From NCBI GenBank assembly GCA_965178125.1, contig OZ237735.1:1798001-1862000 (forward strand): 64,000 bases of DNA. The letters are read 5' to 3'. The position numbers were made by a program, and so were the translations under genes. This document shows, in pieces, positions 1 to 14,100 of the stretch; the first letter of the stretch is position 1, and each line of letters opens with the position of its first letter. Source of the DNA: Bilabrum cf. latius. Lineage: Eukaryota. Under the pieces are notes generated by a model, which was given only the letters and a program-made list of their open reading frames with translations, was not told the origin of the DNA and ran no database searches.

Positions 1-3000
1 GCCGAGCACCTCTCTGGAACAGTCAACTTCCGCTCAGGTTCAAGTACGCTATTGAGACGTTCCAAGACTGCATCTTCCGCCAGCGAAACTTCATCTAGAA
101 GAAACATGCTTCCGTCAAGCATAGATTCAACCAAAGGACCATCAGCCCATTCGAATAGTTGCCTTGCGCTGTCACGACAGGACACAACAATGTCTCGTGT
201 ACGCTCAACACTCGGATCTACCTCAGATTGCGGCTCCGAGGCTGCGGCTTCGCTTCTACCAGTGGCAGTTCTGCGAACCTTGGCGGCTTGGTGCTCCTCT
301 AGCTGCTTGTCAGGCCGCTCACGCTTGTCACCCGACCTGTCGCGGTCATCATTGTCTATCAAGCGAAGCATATCATCGTAAGCCATCTAAGCAAGGTGGT
401 CGAGCTCAGGTGGGGAGTCATCGCTAGTACGGGACAAGTATGCAAACACGGCAGTAGCGGCATCGTACTTAAGTTGCCTTCGTCGTTGAGCTCGAAGCGG
501 GCGCATGCTTCCGATAAAATCCGTAGCGTCCATCGTCTAGTGGCAATTGACAATGCGAAGAGCCTGGTTCCTCAGCTTTGCGACAAACTGCACAGCACTG
601 GTTTTACCTGTCCCAGTTTCTCCGACTAAAAGTACTGGTTCCTTGTAGAACATGCATTTAACGAGAAGCGCAACGACTCGCCTAAGCTGCTGGGTCCACG
701 TCAGGTCTGGGAGCTCCTTCGAGTCCATGGTATCCGCAACCCTGCTATTGGACGTAGTAGAGGGGCTTGCTTGAGCGGGAGCAGACGCTGCTTTGTCGCC
801 GTGCGCATACAAAGCAGGGTCTCCATACAGATCTGATGGACATAACGAGCACTTGCAGGTTCTTTGCAACACATCCATCAGCACGTTTTGCTCATCCTTG
901 ACACGCAGCCGTTCTGCCAAGAGCATGTACCCACTGCAGCCAAGTTCTTGCCAAGTTGACGGCACACGGGCAGCCCAGCGCAGTAGGTCCCGTGTAGTAA
1001 CGAACGAAGTGCTTCCAGCAAATACGTCAGAAGCCTGCCGTGCACGCCGAAGCTCAGCAGCGACTCGAACCATTGCCTCAGCAAACGGAGGTGCAATATG
1101 AGACGACTTCACGATAATCTCCTTGAGCTCACTCTCAGGTGCCTCATCTACACGAAGTTCAAAAAATCGATTTCGAAACGCTCGGCTGAGGGGCTTCCTT
1201 CCACCGTATGTGCCGCCGGCCGGGTTCTAGGTTGCGAATAGCCTGAACCGCGGGGAAGCTCGCACAACCTCCTGAGTCTCCGGGATATAAAGCTCCCGAT
1301 TGTCGTCCAACAATCGGTTCAAAGCTTCTAGAACTTCTGTAGGTGCAAGGTTTAGCTCATCTAGCACAAGCCAAGCGCCCTACCTCGCAGCTGCGACCAG
1401 TACCCCCTCCTTAAACTCCAAAGAACCAGCACCAGTTGGCTAAAAAGAACCAAAATACTCACTAATATCAGTATTCTAGTGGTTGTTCACCCTATAGCAC
1501 ATGTTTCCGGTCCGGGCGGCGAGGTACTCAACAAGAGAGGTTTTGCCTGAGGAAGTGGGTCCCTGCAGGAGCACAGGAGACTTGGAACACGCTACGGCCC
1601 GGGCAAGGTTACGCAGATTGAATTGTACGCTCGCGGTCATGACATACCTGCGCTGTCCAGCTGCATCGTCTGCTGAGAACCCAGCTGCCCAATCGAGTGG
1701 CTCAGAATCACCGGTGGCTATGTCGAAGCAGTCAATTAAAACGCCGCTAGCCCGTACTTCTGGCACAGACATGTCACCGGGGAGGTTCGACACTGCAGAG
1801 TGGCAGGCGAGTACTAGCTAAGCATATCCAGCAGAATCGGTACCCGATGATCGAAGCTCACGCAAGAAGTCTATTGATTGCACGGCAGTACCTGGGCTCC
1901 CACGAGCGGTCTTCTTGGACCCCTTGGACTTGCGCTTCTTGGATTTGCCCAGGTTGGCTGTGTCTATAGCTGGCTGGATCTGCGTCGCGTACGCAGCGCA
2001 CAGCCCTTCAAACAATGCGCCTTTCGCTGATAGACCAGAATTCAGGAGCGAGCAGAATGACTTGCACGCTCGCACTAGGGTACGGAGGCTGTACTGCGGC
2101 GCCGCACCGGCACTGTCAACCAGTGCTCCTGAGAACGCCAGAACGCGCGACTTAACATGAAAACTTACGATTCCGTCGATGCATGCCGCGAGGTCAGAGT
2201 CGTCAATCGCTTCACAAGGTCGCAGTATTCCAAGAACGATGCTTTTTAGGTCATCTTCATCATCTACGTCAGAAACCCACACTTCTGTGAATCGCTGCCG
2301 AATTCCCGGTGGGAGGTCCTTCTTGCCGATATCTGTGGCAGGATTCATCGCCCCGATGAGTTGAAAGCCAGGATGGCGAGAAATAGGCTGTGAATCACCG
2401 CGTTCGGACAAGATAACAGATCCATCTTCGGATTCCAGCAAGCCAAGTAGTCGCTGGAGGGCCTCGTGAGGCGCCAAATTGATCTCATCCAACAGAATCC
2501 AGTGCCCATTCATAATGGCCTTCGTTAGGGGTCCGAGCTCAAAGCGGAATGCAGCCCCAGCACTTTCCAGAGACTTCGAGTCTTTCTTGAGGATATCAAG
2601 CATGCGCTGGAATCGTCGAAGCTCCGTGGCCCACCGATCCCACTGGATACGTACATGAGGTGATACGGTGTGGCCCCTATCAATCTTGCTTGTCGCAAGC
2701 GCGAGTGCCCGTGCCATCCCAGCCGCAAGCCGGGGGTAGTTCTTTCGGTCCAGTGCGTCGGCAAGGGAGGACAAGAACTTTGAGTTTGAGTCGCTCTTAA
2801 ACACAGATGGGAACAGCTCGCCAACCAATTCGCGGTACAAATCGAGGGCCACACGTCGAGCAGGTGCAGGCCTGTAACCGCCTAGCAAGTCTCCAATGTC
2901 GGTCTATGCGCTCATGTTGACCACGACCAACTTTGCATTCACCATCTCCGCGAGTGCCTGTACCGCTGCGGTTTTACCGTTGCCAGTTTCACCCACAAGA

Positions 3001-6000
3001 AGCATTGGTTCTCGATCCTGCACTGCGCAGGCCACTTGCTCAAGAGTCCTGCAACCCGACACTGTAGGTGCGAATGAATCTGGCAGTCCACTAGAGGCTT
3101 CCATAGCGGCTGCAGATCTAACTCCGGATGTTCGAGCAACCGGCAGAGAGGCTCGGCCAATTCGAACGCTGTCTAGATGGCTGTCAATGTGAGGGGCGGA
3201 GTAGTAGCTATCCACCAACTCCGCTGCATGAAGTCCCCACTCTGGAGAAATGGTCTCAAGTACAAGGCCAGCATCGTGCTTGTCAGATATCCGAGCGCCA
3301 TACATGTCCATGCCGTGCTTTGCAATACTTAGCCGAGCATCCGTGCTCAACGAATCCTGTCGCACTACGGAATCTTCTCCATCTGAAAACATGCAAGCGA
3401 CCCTACGTGCCCAACGTAGAGTATCATTGACTGTAAGGCGCTATCGCAGCGCTTCAATGCTAACCTATGACATCCGATCACCGGCGTCCGGTGATGCCCC
3501 CGCCGCTGTTGAAGCAAGGGCAGCAAGTCGTTCAGTCGCAATCTGTCTGGTGACTCCGGCCGACTGCACCTCGGCAAGCCGAACGAGAGACATGTGCGAG
3601 CTAACAATCCCGCGAACAGTCCTCTCGTGCAGCACAGGAAAACACCCTCTAATCAAAGATACTAACTCAGTCGTCTGTGGCGGTTGCGATTCAACAGCAC
3701 ACAGTAAATGCTGGCACCCAACCAATCGCGGCAGCGACCCAACGCTACCCGCAAGTCCAAACCGAAAGTCCGCAACCGAGTCATGTTCAGCGGCGAGCTG
3801 CGCAGCTAAGCCACTGGAAGATATTGGTTCGATGTTAGACTTATCACCAATGACATTCTAAGGAGCCCAGACTCTTGACAAAGAACCTGTCGATTCAAGC
3901 GGGAGCGGCACGTTGCTGGTCCCATCCTCTAGTTCGGTTGGGGCTCCACTGTCAGCTTGAATAGACAAAGTCGCCGTAAAGAACATGCGGAACCGTCGAT
4001 TCGCACGGGCCACCAAGGTCTCCCGCTCCTCTTGGTCTGAGAGAAGTGCAATACTGGAGGATGCAACCGCGCTGCATGCGGACTTGTGATCAGACCTGTA
4101 GCCTTGCTGCAGCTGCATAGCTGTCTGCTCTTTCCCAGGAACTTGCACGCTTTTCCCGTCCAGCAAAGGCATAATCGCTGAAACCAAGTCCGCAGAGAGT
4201 TGGTCGGCTCCCTCGAACACAATCCAGCTACCTGACCTGGCAGCCTCAAGTACGGTCCCGGCTTTCCATTCGAATTCACCGGGAGTATCAGAGACAGAGT
4301 ACTGACCGAAAAGATCCTTCCCAGAAGCAGTATCGTCAAGATGCAATGATACGACTGAGACTGGGCTAGGAGGCTGCGGCGGGATGGCCTTCGGCACAAA
4401 AGGCAAACGAGCTGACCGGGTCCATTGCAGGTGCAGCTGGTGCCGGAGCCGAGCCAAGGACTCTATACTCGATGTCTTGCCGCTCCCGCTTGGCCCATAC
4501 AAAAGAACACTTACACCTGATTCAGACTGACTCACAATGCTCCTTAGCAGGGCCAGCGTAGAGTCGTTCAGAACTACAGGGTGGCTGTCCGACTCAGTTG
4601 TTCGGTCGAGCGCGGCGCTGTCAAACGAAGACTCGCCCCAGAGAGGCACACCAGCGAGCATATCAAGTGCCTCGAAAAACGACGCATTGTCCTGGTCAGC
4701 ATGTTCGACTGACGATTCGCCGAGTCCAGTGAAGTGGGATCCTTGGGAAAGCTCGTGCTGGTGCTGCCACACTGCGTCGGGATCCAGCAGGCACTCTGCA
4801 AGATCCAGGCCATTGGTACTTTGGGCTGACGAAGCAATTATGGCAGCGGCTTCGGCAGCCTAGCAATTCAAGCTCTCAATGCGCTATTTGCGAAGCACTT
4901 CCAGAGCCGCCTCCCGAGTCCCTGTGCCCTGCCAAGACGGGTGCAGCTATCCCGGATCAACTCCAGCAAGCTGGGGCGGCAGCACCCTGAAGCACGGGTC
5001 CTATTGCAGGCAGCCCATCATGGGGCCGTGAGAGCCAACTGCTTCTTGCTATACCTAGGTATACGTTGGGTCAATCTGGCTTTGGGGACCCGATGCGGCT
5101 GCAGACGACGAGCTAGAGCTTGAGTTCACGCTGAAGCTAGGGGCGTTGCCGCCGGCGGCACCACCAGTTGCTGGGCCCGCAGCGGCGTCACTTGAGCTAG
5201 AAGCAGCAGCAGCTTCAGTATTGTGCGACGAATCGCCAGCAGAGTCTACGGCAACGTCCTAAATATCTCCGTTTCTTGAACGTTTCCGTGATTGGACGGG
5301 ACCTACCGATGCGGACTCAGGCGGAGACCACGGCACCGACGCGGCCCTGAACTGCCAGTTGGACTTAACAGCGTCGCGGGCCACAACTCTACAGTTGGAA
5401 GCGACCATTTCAAGGGCCGCAAGGGCACAGCTCTGGCAGAAAGGGTCGGCGGTCTGCATCAGGAAGTCATGGAGCTTGCTCATCGGCTGCCGGGCGATCC
5501 ACACCGGTACGACAGCAGCTGCCTGGGCACTGAACGCACCGCACAGCAAATCGTTGGGCTCTGGAACATACTATGCCTCAGCTTGGGCTGCGGCGCCGGC
5601 CGCCTCCATCCAAAGCACGGCTCCCCAAGCTACCTGCCGGGCCATCAGCAACAGGTCCTCTGCCTTGCCGCACGAACCTGGTGTCGCGGATTCAATGGCC
5701 AAATCAATGGCCCCAACCCCACGGCTACATGCATCCGCATCTACATTTAGGACTTCGATCAGCCCACGTCTCGATGCGTTCGGCACCTGTGCGAGGCGAC
5801 CGATTCCCAGGAATGCTACGCTCCTGCTCGGGCCCGCTTGCGCTGCTTGAGACGGCGGGCTGCGCGACCCAGCTGCACCCGAATCATGCTCACAGAAGTG
5901 AATCTGGTATGCACTCAGCAGAAGTTCGCTTAGTACGGGCCTGCTATGCCTAACAATAAGTGGTGCCCAAGCAGGGGACACTGCTAGTTGCGCACTTTCC

Positions 6001-6098
6001 AACGCCGCTGACTGGAGCTGAGCAAGTGTATCAGGCTTCTTATGATTGCCAGTGTGCGATTGACTTGTCTGTGAACATATGAGGGGGGCAATTACCAT
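1..6098 (-). CDS. MDN1: Midasin (Rea1) AAA ATPase, 5' part; continues beyond the left edge
   Basis: Single frame interrupted only by TAG (e.g. 537, 1227, 1476, 1818, 2904, 3858, 5259, 5571). Repeated AAA modules: GPSGSGKT, LVGETGNGKT, LQGPTSSGKTS, LVGETGTGKTS, WILLDEINLA, LDELNLAPTEVLEALNRLLDDNREL, FAT*NP..YGGRKPLSRAFRNRF, FEWADGPLV..LDEVSLAEDAVLERLNSVLE. The start ATG at 6098 is tentative. Confidence 0.93.
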
Positions 6099-6461
6099 TA
6101 AATTCGGGCGTGCGCGGTGTGAGATGGATTGGAGTGCTTCAGGTCTACCTAACGTCAACTCACGATACGCACGACCTCAGAGATGGACTTAAGAGATATA
6201 CGGCTCTCGCCTGCAGCATCATGTAATGTTTTACAGAACTAGAGCCACAACGATGCGTTCAAACGATCCATCGTTGGCAAAAAGACCGATTGTATTAGCC
6301 TGCAGTTCGATCGAGGGAACGACCACGAAGAACGTTCCTTCAGTGCAACCAAAAATCGCCGGCGGCAGCGAATAAACTTCTTCCTCAGCGAGGAACTAGT
6401 AATACCAGCAGATCTCTAGGCATACCAGTGCTGCTTGGGCTTGATAGGGTGTCGAGCAACT

Positions 6462-8900
6462 ATGAACCCGCCACACAAAGTAGGACTGTCTTTCGCTTCT
6501 AACTAGAAGCTGCCGAAATTGCCGGTACCCCCGCTCCACGGCACCTTGGCAAAATTATTAGGAAGCCTTCTTCCTCTAGCGAGATCCGCTGACGAAGCAG
6601 CGGCTGCAGTTGCGCGAGTGCTGGACTGCCTTCGCACTGGATCGTAGGCGAGACGAGCCCATCAGCTCTTGCTCCGCAAACAAAGGCTTGCAGGCCGCAG
6701 TCGTGATAGTTCAAGCGCAACAGACCATGATGAAAGCGGGTCATGGATGCTTAAATGGTGGAATCGAGAGGCGTATCTTGCCATAGATGCCCCGCTGCCG
6801 ATCAACATTTCGTATTTTATGCTCACAGCTCGTCCCCGGCAGCCTGCCAGATAGTCTGAACGCGGAGGACGACTTTCCGCTCTAATGCTTGCGTACCGTG
6901 CCGCTCTACTTTTAGAAGCAATACCTCCATCCTAGGCACGGGCGGTTCCCCTTCCGGCCGGAGGCTCAAATCCCCGCAGCAAGCGAGCAACGTTGTGCAT
7001 GCTTCCGTTTAAGCATCTGTTCCATACCTGCCGCGTACCTTGCTTACAACGTTGTGGTATGTAGCAAGACGAAGTGCACCTTGGCTGGGAAAAGCACACG
7101 AAAGCGCACGACGGGTGTGCGGCGGTCCTGGCCAGCCCAGGCAGAGCCGGGCCGGCGGAACTGGCTTCTGCCCTAGAGAAATGCCCTCCCGTCGAGATCA
7201 CCGTGCTATATAAGGGGCGCGTGGTTCTGCTTAGGGTGCCAGGCCATGTGCTTGCGTCTGCCCAGAGAGTCGCAGCCGCGTGGTTCGGCGCCGACGGGGG
7301 CAAGCCCGCTGGAGATCCTGCTCGATTGCTCGGCTCAGCCGCAGCGGACCTCGGGGAGTCTGCCTCGTGGCTATCGCGCGCGTTTGAAGATGCCAAGGAA
7401 CTAATGGAGGGCCTGCCAAAGCCGGGTGGGGATGGGGCCCCGGGCCTGGGTGCTCTCACGGCGTCTCGCCGCAGCCACTGGGCTAGGGCTTGGCCGTCGT
7501 TTGTGCGTTATGTGGGCGACGAGAGAGCCAAGTCCATCCTTGGAGCGGCTTTCACGGTGTGCTTGGACAGCCGTGAGCTTGGCGGGGACTGCTCCCGGGA
7601 GTCGCTTGGCCGCGCGCTGCTGCACGGCGACCCCGAGGCGGACGCTGCTGCTGCCACGGATCGGTGGTACGATTCCAGGCTGCAGCTCGTGACGTTCCGA
7701 AGCGGAGATGCCGGCATCGTGGCAGAGCATAGTACCACTGACGGGGCGCCTGTGGCTGAGATGCTCCACGCAGTCACGAGGGCAGAAGCACAGGTCTCGT
7801 GGCAGTCGGCGTGGCAGGGCCCGTCCTCTGGGGCAGGCGCAGATGTGGACGGGCTGGGCCTCGTGGCAAGGCCACCATCATCAGACCCAGGCGCGCGCGC
7901 GTATCTGTTGCCGGTAGTCCCGCCGATGGACGCAGGGCGACCTGCCAGTGAGTTGGCAGAGCTGCCGGAGGACTTGAGAGTTGCTGCGGCTGTGGCAGCG
8001 AGCGAGGCTGCAGCGACTGCCAGAGGCCACGTCACGAGGGAGGTTCGGCTCAAGCTGGGTGCCAAGCAGTTGAAGGGTGCAAACTGCTCCCCCGATGCTT
8101 TTGCGCAGCTGGCCATCTCGCTTGCGTGGTGCATCGCGCACGAGAAGGCTGCGATCCAGGGAGGCGTGCCGGTGGGCACCGGGGGCAAGCACGCCGACAG
8201 CCCCGATGGAGGGGACACGCCGTGGCTGGTTGCACAGTACGAGCCCGCCCAGGCTCGACGCTTCTCGGGCGGTCGCACTGCGTGCATCCGCAGCTCCACA
8301 CCCGAGCTTATGGAGGCAGTCAGCTCGTGCCTGTCCCTCTGGAGGAGGTGGCACCCCGAGGCGGCGCGCAGAGCATCGACTCTCGTACGATAGGCCATGC
8401 ACAGGCACGGCGTGCTGTCAGCCGAGGCTGCGGCGGGGCACGACGTGGACCGACACCTCTTCGGGATGCAGCAGGCGCTCGAGGAGGCGGGGGGCGGCCC
8501 TAGGTCGCAGGCGGCCGCTGGGCTGCGTCATGGCGATCTAGGGCGACTGCTGGGGGATTCGCTGGTGAGCCGCAGCGCGAAATGGAGGATCAGCACCAGC
8601 AACTTGACGCTGCCCGGCGTGTCTCTCTGGGGGTGGGGAGAGGTAGTGCCTGACGGCATCGGGGTGGCGTACAGCCTGCACGGTGCCGAGCTGCACTTTC
8701 ACGTGTGTGGGCAAAGTACTGCCAAGATTGGATAGAGCGTCAAAACGCTTGTTCGGAGGGAAATAGGAGAGGGCGTGCACGGAAGTAGCGGCCGGTCGAC
8801 CATTCCACTTGCGCTCGCGGTTGCAGACGCCCTGCCGGACGCCACTCATGTCCTGTGGCGGCTGGTTTGCGGACTGCCGAGCTCGAAGGCAAAATTGTGA
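6462..8900 (+). CDS. Carnitine/choline O-acyltransferase, probably peroxisomal (~812 aa with TAG=Gln)
   Basis: Motifs *KLPKLPVPPL..TL, WMLKWWNREAYL...PLPIN, LCM...LFHTCRVP, DRWYD, catalytic EHSTTDG, SPDAFAQLA, G.DVDRHLFG, WRISTSN, G.GEVVPDGIGVAY. One frame with TAGs only, ending ...SKAKL-TGA. An in-frame ATG at 6183 is an alternative start. Confidence 0.9.
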
Positions 8901-9241
8901 GTGTTTGTACTCTCAAGCATAAACAATTATACCAAGCTTACTTAGTTTGCGGTCACAGTGTAAGTTGTGTGTGGATGCCTTGTGATTTGATTTCGAGATC
9001 GGAGCAGTTTGGGAACACCAATCCGTAGCCACACAAGATACCTTCTTCAATTCCACATGTTTCCACCGGTCTACAGAGTGCGATCAAAGAGTGACACAGA
9101 GTGCGACTGGAGAAACGCGAGAAACGCGCCACGAGATCGCAATAATGCGGTGTCTAGGCAAGTTGCGGAATTTGCTGCAGCCCAATCACCTCGGTCGTGT
9201 AAGTTAGCCGCATTTGCCTGACAGAATGATACCTTATATAT

Positions 9242-10957
9242 ATGAAAAAAACACATGGGCGTGCGAGGATGCGAAAAAAATTGCTGGGGTGGCGGGGAAT
9301 CGCTATCGGCACTAGGCCTACGCGTGCTACAAGGTTCCACACGAATAGGTACCGGTTAAAAGCACAGCGTGGAGTGGAGCTTGAACCAAGTCACGAATTC
9401 GCAGATATTATGCTTGAATCCGGGCGAAGTGCCATGTTTTCCGCTGATCTTCCGAGGGAATCTCGCCAAGCACAGTTCCTCGGGGCGGCAATTGCGAAAA
9501 CCCGCCCACGTGGCCGCCGACCGATCGTTCCGGCGAACGACGCTGATGAGAGCGTACAAGGACTTGATCAAATCCATGTTCATGTGCCTGGCAATAACGT
9601 CGTCGAGCAAGTCGATACATCCAAAGATAGCCCAAGCAGCTCGCCGCCACTGGCTGCCGGATGGTGGAACCTTTCCCTCGCTGTAGTGCTGCTTGCATTC
9701 TACTCCTTCACGTTCTTCATCAATTCAGTAGCGTCCCGCTTGATTCCTGACAGCGCATCATCCCCACCAAAGCTTCTGATCATGATGGCACTGGGAAGGA
9801 CATTCGGTCTGACGACTGCCTTCGCTGGCCTTGCGACTTGTGGCGGTGTACCAGGCTCCGACCTGTCTGACCGCTTGCACTGCGCCCCAAGCAGCGGCCT
9901 TGTCATCTCTGTGTTCATCCAGGCTTCTAGCCTTATCGGGTTCATCCCGTTCTTCATCCTGAGCACAACCGGCGAGGTATCCGCGCTAGCTCCGCTAGTT
10001 GCTATGCACAGCATGATACCTGTGATTTCTGGAATGATGTGCGGGGGAGAGCGGAGGACCCTGCTCAAGATCGGCGCGGCGCTGCTGTCCATGGTTGCCA
10101 CACTACTGCTTGGGTTTGCCGCCGCTCGCGGCGGTGGTGAGGATTCTGGCAGTGGGCCGTGGGGTGTTGACGGTGCTCTGCTGCTCGTGCTGCAGCTCGT
10201 GCTGCTCACGGCTGTTGTGGGGCTCTGGGGCACGTCAGACTTGCTCTCCACCGGTGTGGCGAGGCGAGTACAGCTCTACAGCGTCATGGTGACCAACCTC
10301 TTCGGTGTCCTGCTGGTACTCTGCGGCAGCCTGCTGTACGATGTGTGGGTTGGCACTGGTGGTGCGTGGGGCCCATTCCATTGGACGCAGGCCCTGTACG
10401 TTGGGTCGAACTGCCTTGCCATGTGGACTTGGTTCATGTTCGTGCGCCTGGGCAAGCACTGCGAGGCCAGCTTTTTCGTTCCAATCGTGGGCTCGTACCC
10501 GACAGTGACTGCCATCGCCGGAGCCATCATACTCAAGGAGGACCTAACAGCAGCGAAAATCATCGGGTTGCTGCTCACAGTTGCATCTGTGGTTGCGCTG
10601 GGCTGGCAGGATGCGGTCACACAGGCTGAGCTGCGCGCCAAAGGTGCAACAGCGCAAGCGGAGGCTCCCGCTTCAGCTGGGCGCCTGCCTCACGGTGCGC
10701 AGGAGATCCAGGAGCGCGCGGAGATCGGGCGTGAAGTGCACCCCATGGCTACAGTGGCAGAAACCAAGGGCACCAACTGCGAGTTTGACCAACCGCTGAG
10801 CATTGTTGCCAGGTCTGGGGGAGCAGCAGCGTCGGCCGCCGCCCCGCACCCTCAGGCTATGCCTAGCCACCACAAAATGGATACCCACAAGAAGGCCGAC
10901 CAGCAAGCTGTGGGGGGGCATGGTCTGGAGCTGCCAGTCGTACGTGGTAGCCCTTGA
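9242..10957 (+). CDS. EamA/DMT-like multi-pass membrane transporter
   Basis: About 10 hydrophobic segments in two repeats (GEVSALAPL...IPVI...GERRT; EASFFVPIVGSYPTVT...ILKEDLT..KIIG). Ends at TGA. The true start may be ATG 9410. Confidence 0.75.
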   Translation: MKKTHGRARMRKKLLGWRGIAIGTRPTRATRFHTNRYRLKAQRGVELEPSHEFADIMLESGRSAMFSADLPRESRQAQFLGAAIAKTRPRGRRPIVPANDADESVQGLDQIHVHVPGNNVVEQVDTSKDSPSSSPPLAAGWWNLSLAVVLLAFYSFTFFINSVASRLIPDSASSPPKLLIMMALGRTFGLTTAFAGLATCGGVPGSDLSDRLHCAPSSGLVISVFIQASSLIGFIPFFILSTTGEVSALAPLVAMHSMIPVISGMMCGGERRTLLKIGAALLSMVATLLLGFAAARGGGEDSGSGPWGVDGALLLVLQLVLLTAVVGLWGTSDLLSTGVARRVQLYSVMVTNLFGVLLVLCGSLLYDVWVGTGGAWGPFHWTQALYVGSNCLAMWTWFMFVRLGKHCEASFFVPIVGSYPTVTAIAGAIILKEDLTAAKIIGLLLTVASVVALGWQDAVTQAELRAKGATAQAEAPASAGRLPHGAQEIQERAEIGREVHPMATVAETKGTNCEFDQPLSIVARSGGAAASAAAPHPQAMPSHHKMDTHKKADQQAVGGHGLELPVVRGSP

Positions 10958-11174
10958 CGCCCAGGGCAAATATGATAATCAAGATGGAAATTGCTGAACA
11001 GATCCAAGCTTCAACCTCATGCGAGTTCAATCGAAGCACAGCATCAGATCGGATGCTAATCAAGGTCCACACCACATTCAGCCCGCACACGGGCAACCCC
11101 TTTCCATCTGCCGCAAACCAATGAATGCCCGAATATTGAGCAAGCGAGCCATCCACAGTTATCTGCGATCGGCC

Positions 11175-14100
11175 TCAGACGACATGCCGGGCAGTTGCAC
11201 TCCCGTTACTCACGATCGAAGGGGGTCTTGGCGGCGATACTGCGCTTGCGGCTTGCGTGCGATACTGCTGCAGGTCAGTGAGGGCTGAGTCCAGGTTGTT
11301 GCCGGCTTGCTGGGCCAGCCCATGTTGGGCTGGAGCAGGGTGGCGGCTTGCGAACGGAGCACCGTCCAACAAAGGCATTCCGCTGACGTTGGCAGCTGCT
11401 CGCTACAGTAAGGCACTTGTCTCGGTCGTCACGGTCGGCCCGCGGCCCGCCGCACCGCTTTCACGGGAGTCCAGCATGCTTCCTTGCTGCTGCTACGGAT
11501 AGCTGAAGTCGCCTTCGATCGGCGGGGCAGGCTGCATATCATGCGCCAGCAGCGGCTCTCGATAGCCCTCGTCTCCGTCAGCAGGGGCCCTCTGGCTGCT
11601 GCGAGAAGCTGATGGCTGCCTCGCGTTCTGTTCTGATTGGCTAGCAGGTAGCGACCCACCATGCTTGCCATTCCAAGCGTACGCGTACCCGAATTGGCCC
11701 GGATTCCCGTTGCCATTGGCCACGGAGCCCAACGAAGCACTGGGTTCAGGCGTTGGCTAAACTGCCTGCTGGGAGGCGACTGACCGCAACAGACTCGCAA
11801 GCTCATGGAACCGCCCGTCATCCGTCTATTGCATTGCGCTGGAGATCTGCAACAGTCGAGCATGGGGTGAGTCAGCCGCATCAGCCACTGCTGGAAGTAA
11901 GGCCTGCTACCCGCGCCCTCGCGCAGCATGTTCGATCCTCTGGGCGTCCTGCTGTGCCCGAACGATCGAGGCCCGGCGAGGCGAGGCGCTCCTGGCTCGA
12001 TGTAGGCGGGAAGCGCGGGAACGCTACTGCTCTGCAATGGCACGCCTCTGCGCATTGTACTCGCTTCGCGAAATGTCGCCGTTGTCCAAGCGGTGTCGCA
12101 GTGAATCTAGCCTCGCTCGGACAGTGGTTGCGGTTCGTGGACCCCTGGTACGGGACCTAGACGAAGCCCTGCTGCCCACGCTAGCACCACCCGCCCTGGC
12201 GCTGTGCATGCTACCCGCGCGAGACCTGGTGCGCCCAGCAGGATGCCGCGGGGTGTTGCTACCGAGTGCCACCCGCCCCACGCTTTTAGACCGAGGTAGC
12301 CGCCGAGAGGCGGCCCTGTACCTTTCGGCCGTCTAGTCCTTCACCTCTGACTCCCGGTGCAGCTGTGCCTTTGTTTTGCGCAGATGGCGGGGGACGTGGC
12401 GCTGCTGTTCCTGCTGCGAGCCCGGTCGTGGCTGCAGGGAGTACCCGGGGCTGGCAGGCCTAGCCGCGTGCCGACTGTCCCGGGAGGCAGGCCGGCTGTG
12501 GCTGCGCGGGTGGCGAATTACCTGGCTGGCCTAGCGCTAGCGCCTAGGTGAGCTTCTAGATCGCTAGTGCATGCCTTGCGATGGAGTGTGCGGACGAGCG
12601 TGGGCAGCACCTGGTTGCGTAGCTTGCAGCTGCCTGTCTCGCGCTTGCTGGGCTGCAGCCTGCCGTTGCTTCGCAGCTGCCAGCTGCTCTAGAAGTAGCA
12701 AGAGCTGCTGTCGCTTATCTGCAGCGGAGTCAGGAGCTGGTTCTCCCTACTGTAACGCAGCCGAAAGACGCCTGGCGGCAGGTGGTCCTGCCCCTTCTCC
12801 GTGCAACTGGGCCTCGCCCCTACTCGCGGGGGCCTGCGGAGGTCTAGGCGCTGCTCGACGAGGAGGGAGGCCGTAATTTCGCTCGTCATGAGAAGGGGGC
12901 GGAGGCACCTGCAGGGGAACTGCACTCGCTGGTACTGCGGAGTTCTGCTGCTGGCTGCTGCTGGCTGCGTGCTGCTGCGGGGACATATCCGGTGTCTCGT
13001 GCGGCAGGGCAGAGGCCAGAGGGGAAGGGTGCAGGTTGTTGCCCTTTGCTTGGGCGCCTTCTGGTGGCGCAAACTGCGACGGACTGGCAGCTAGACCATC
13101 GGGTCCCGCAGTTCCACCGTCGGATTGGATGTCCCGCTGCTCCGGCTCCATCGCCTTCCTCCGCAGCCGCTTGATCCGCTACTCGATACCACGCAGGTCC
13201 ATGCCTGCCAGGTGCTGCCGCAGTTCCTGCACGGCATCAGACGCACACTCGTCCGCTCTGCTTGCGCTCGCATCCAGTTCTCCTCTCAGCAGAGTGCTTC
13301 CGCTCTGTGCCACATCGGGCTGATGTTGCGTCGCTCGCATCGCGGCCTCACCGGCCCTCAGCACTGCCGCCGCTGCTTCGGGGGTGGAGGCATCGAGCGA
13401 GCCGTTTTCATGTAGCTGTGGATCAAAGCTGCCCAGTGCAGAGTCAAACACTGCGTGGTCTTTTGACTACGTGCTTCCTAGTGCCTCACGCAATTCATCA
13501 GTCGCACCGCCGGCTCCTCTAGATATCCGAGCAAACACAGCTACGATTCGGTGAGATTTCGCCGCATCATCGGCATCGATACGCAAAACTTGCTTCCGGT
13601 CATTGTCTTGAAACTTGTCGTGGGTATCAAGCAGCCTTACCAATGCTCCTTCTCTTGTAGACGCCGGATTCATGGGATCAATGGGGCCAACATCACGCGG
13701 AGCAATTCCATGTAGCACGGCCTCCTGCAAGACCATTGCAGCTCTTCCTACAGCAGCTCTAGCGTGCCGGCTTGATGCAAGATCAACGAAAGTGGAAGAT
13801 TTTGCGGTCTGTAGCAGAGAGGCTAGGGATGCTGCCAAAATCCCAGCACGTTTCTGCTGAGCCTGCTCTGATTGCTGCACACGCGCTTTGCGTTTCGCGG
13901 CATCCTCAACTTGAGCCATGGACTATCGCAATTTTCCAACCAACCTCTAAAGAAACTATGACGTGTCGTTCAAGTCTTCTTGGACAGCGTCGATCAAAAG
14001 CGATTCGCCGGCAGCAATTTGACGACTTGCTGTAGCTTCCGGCGAGATGGGCATTCGGGCTCGGCCTGCCAACACGCTCTTCCCGTAATCAATGGTTAAA

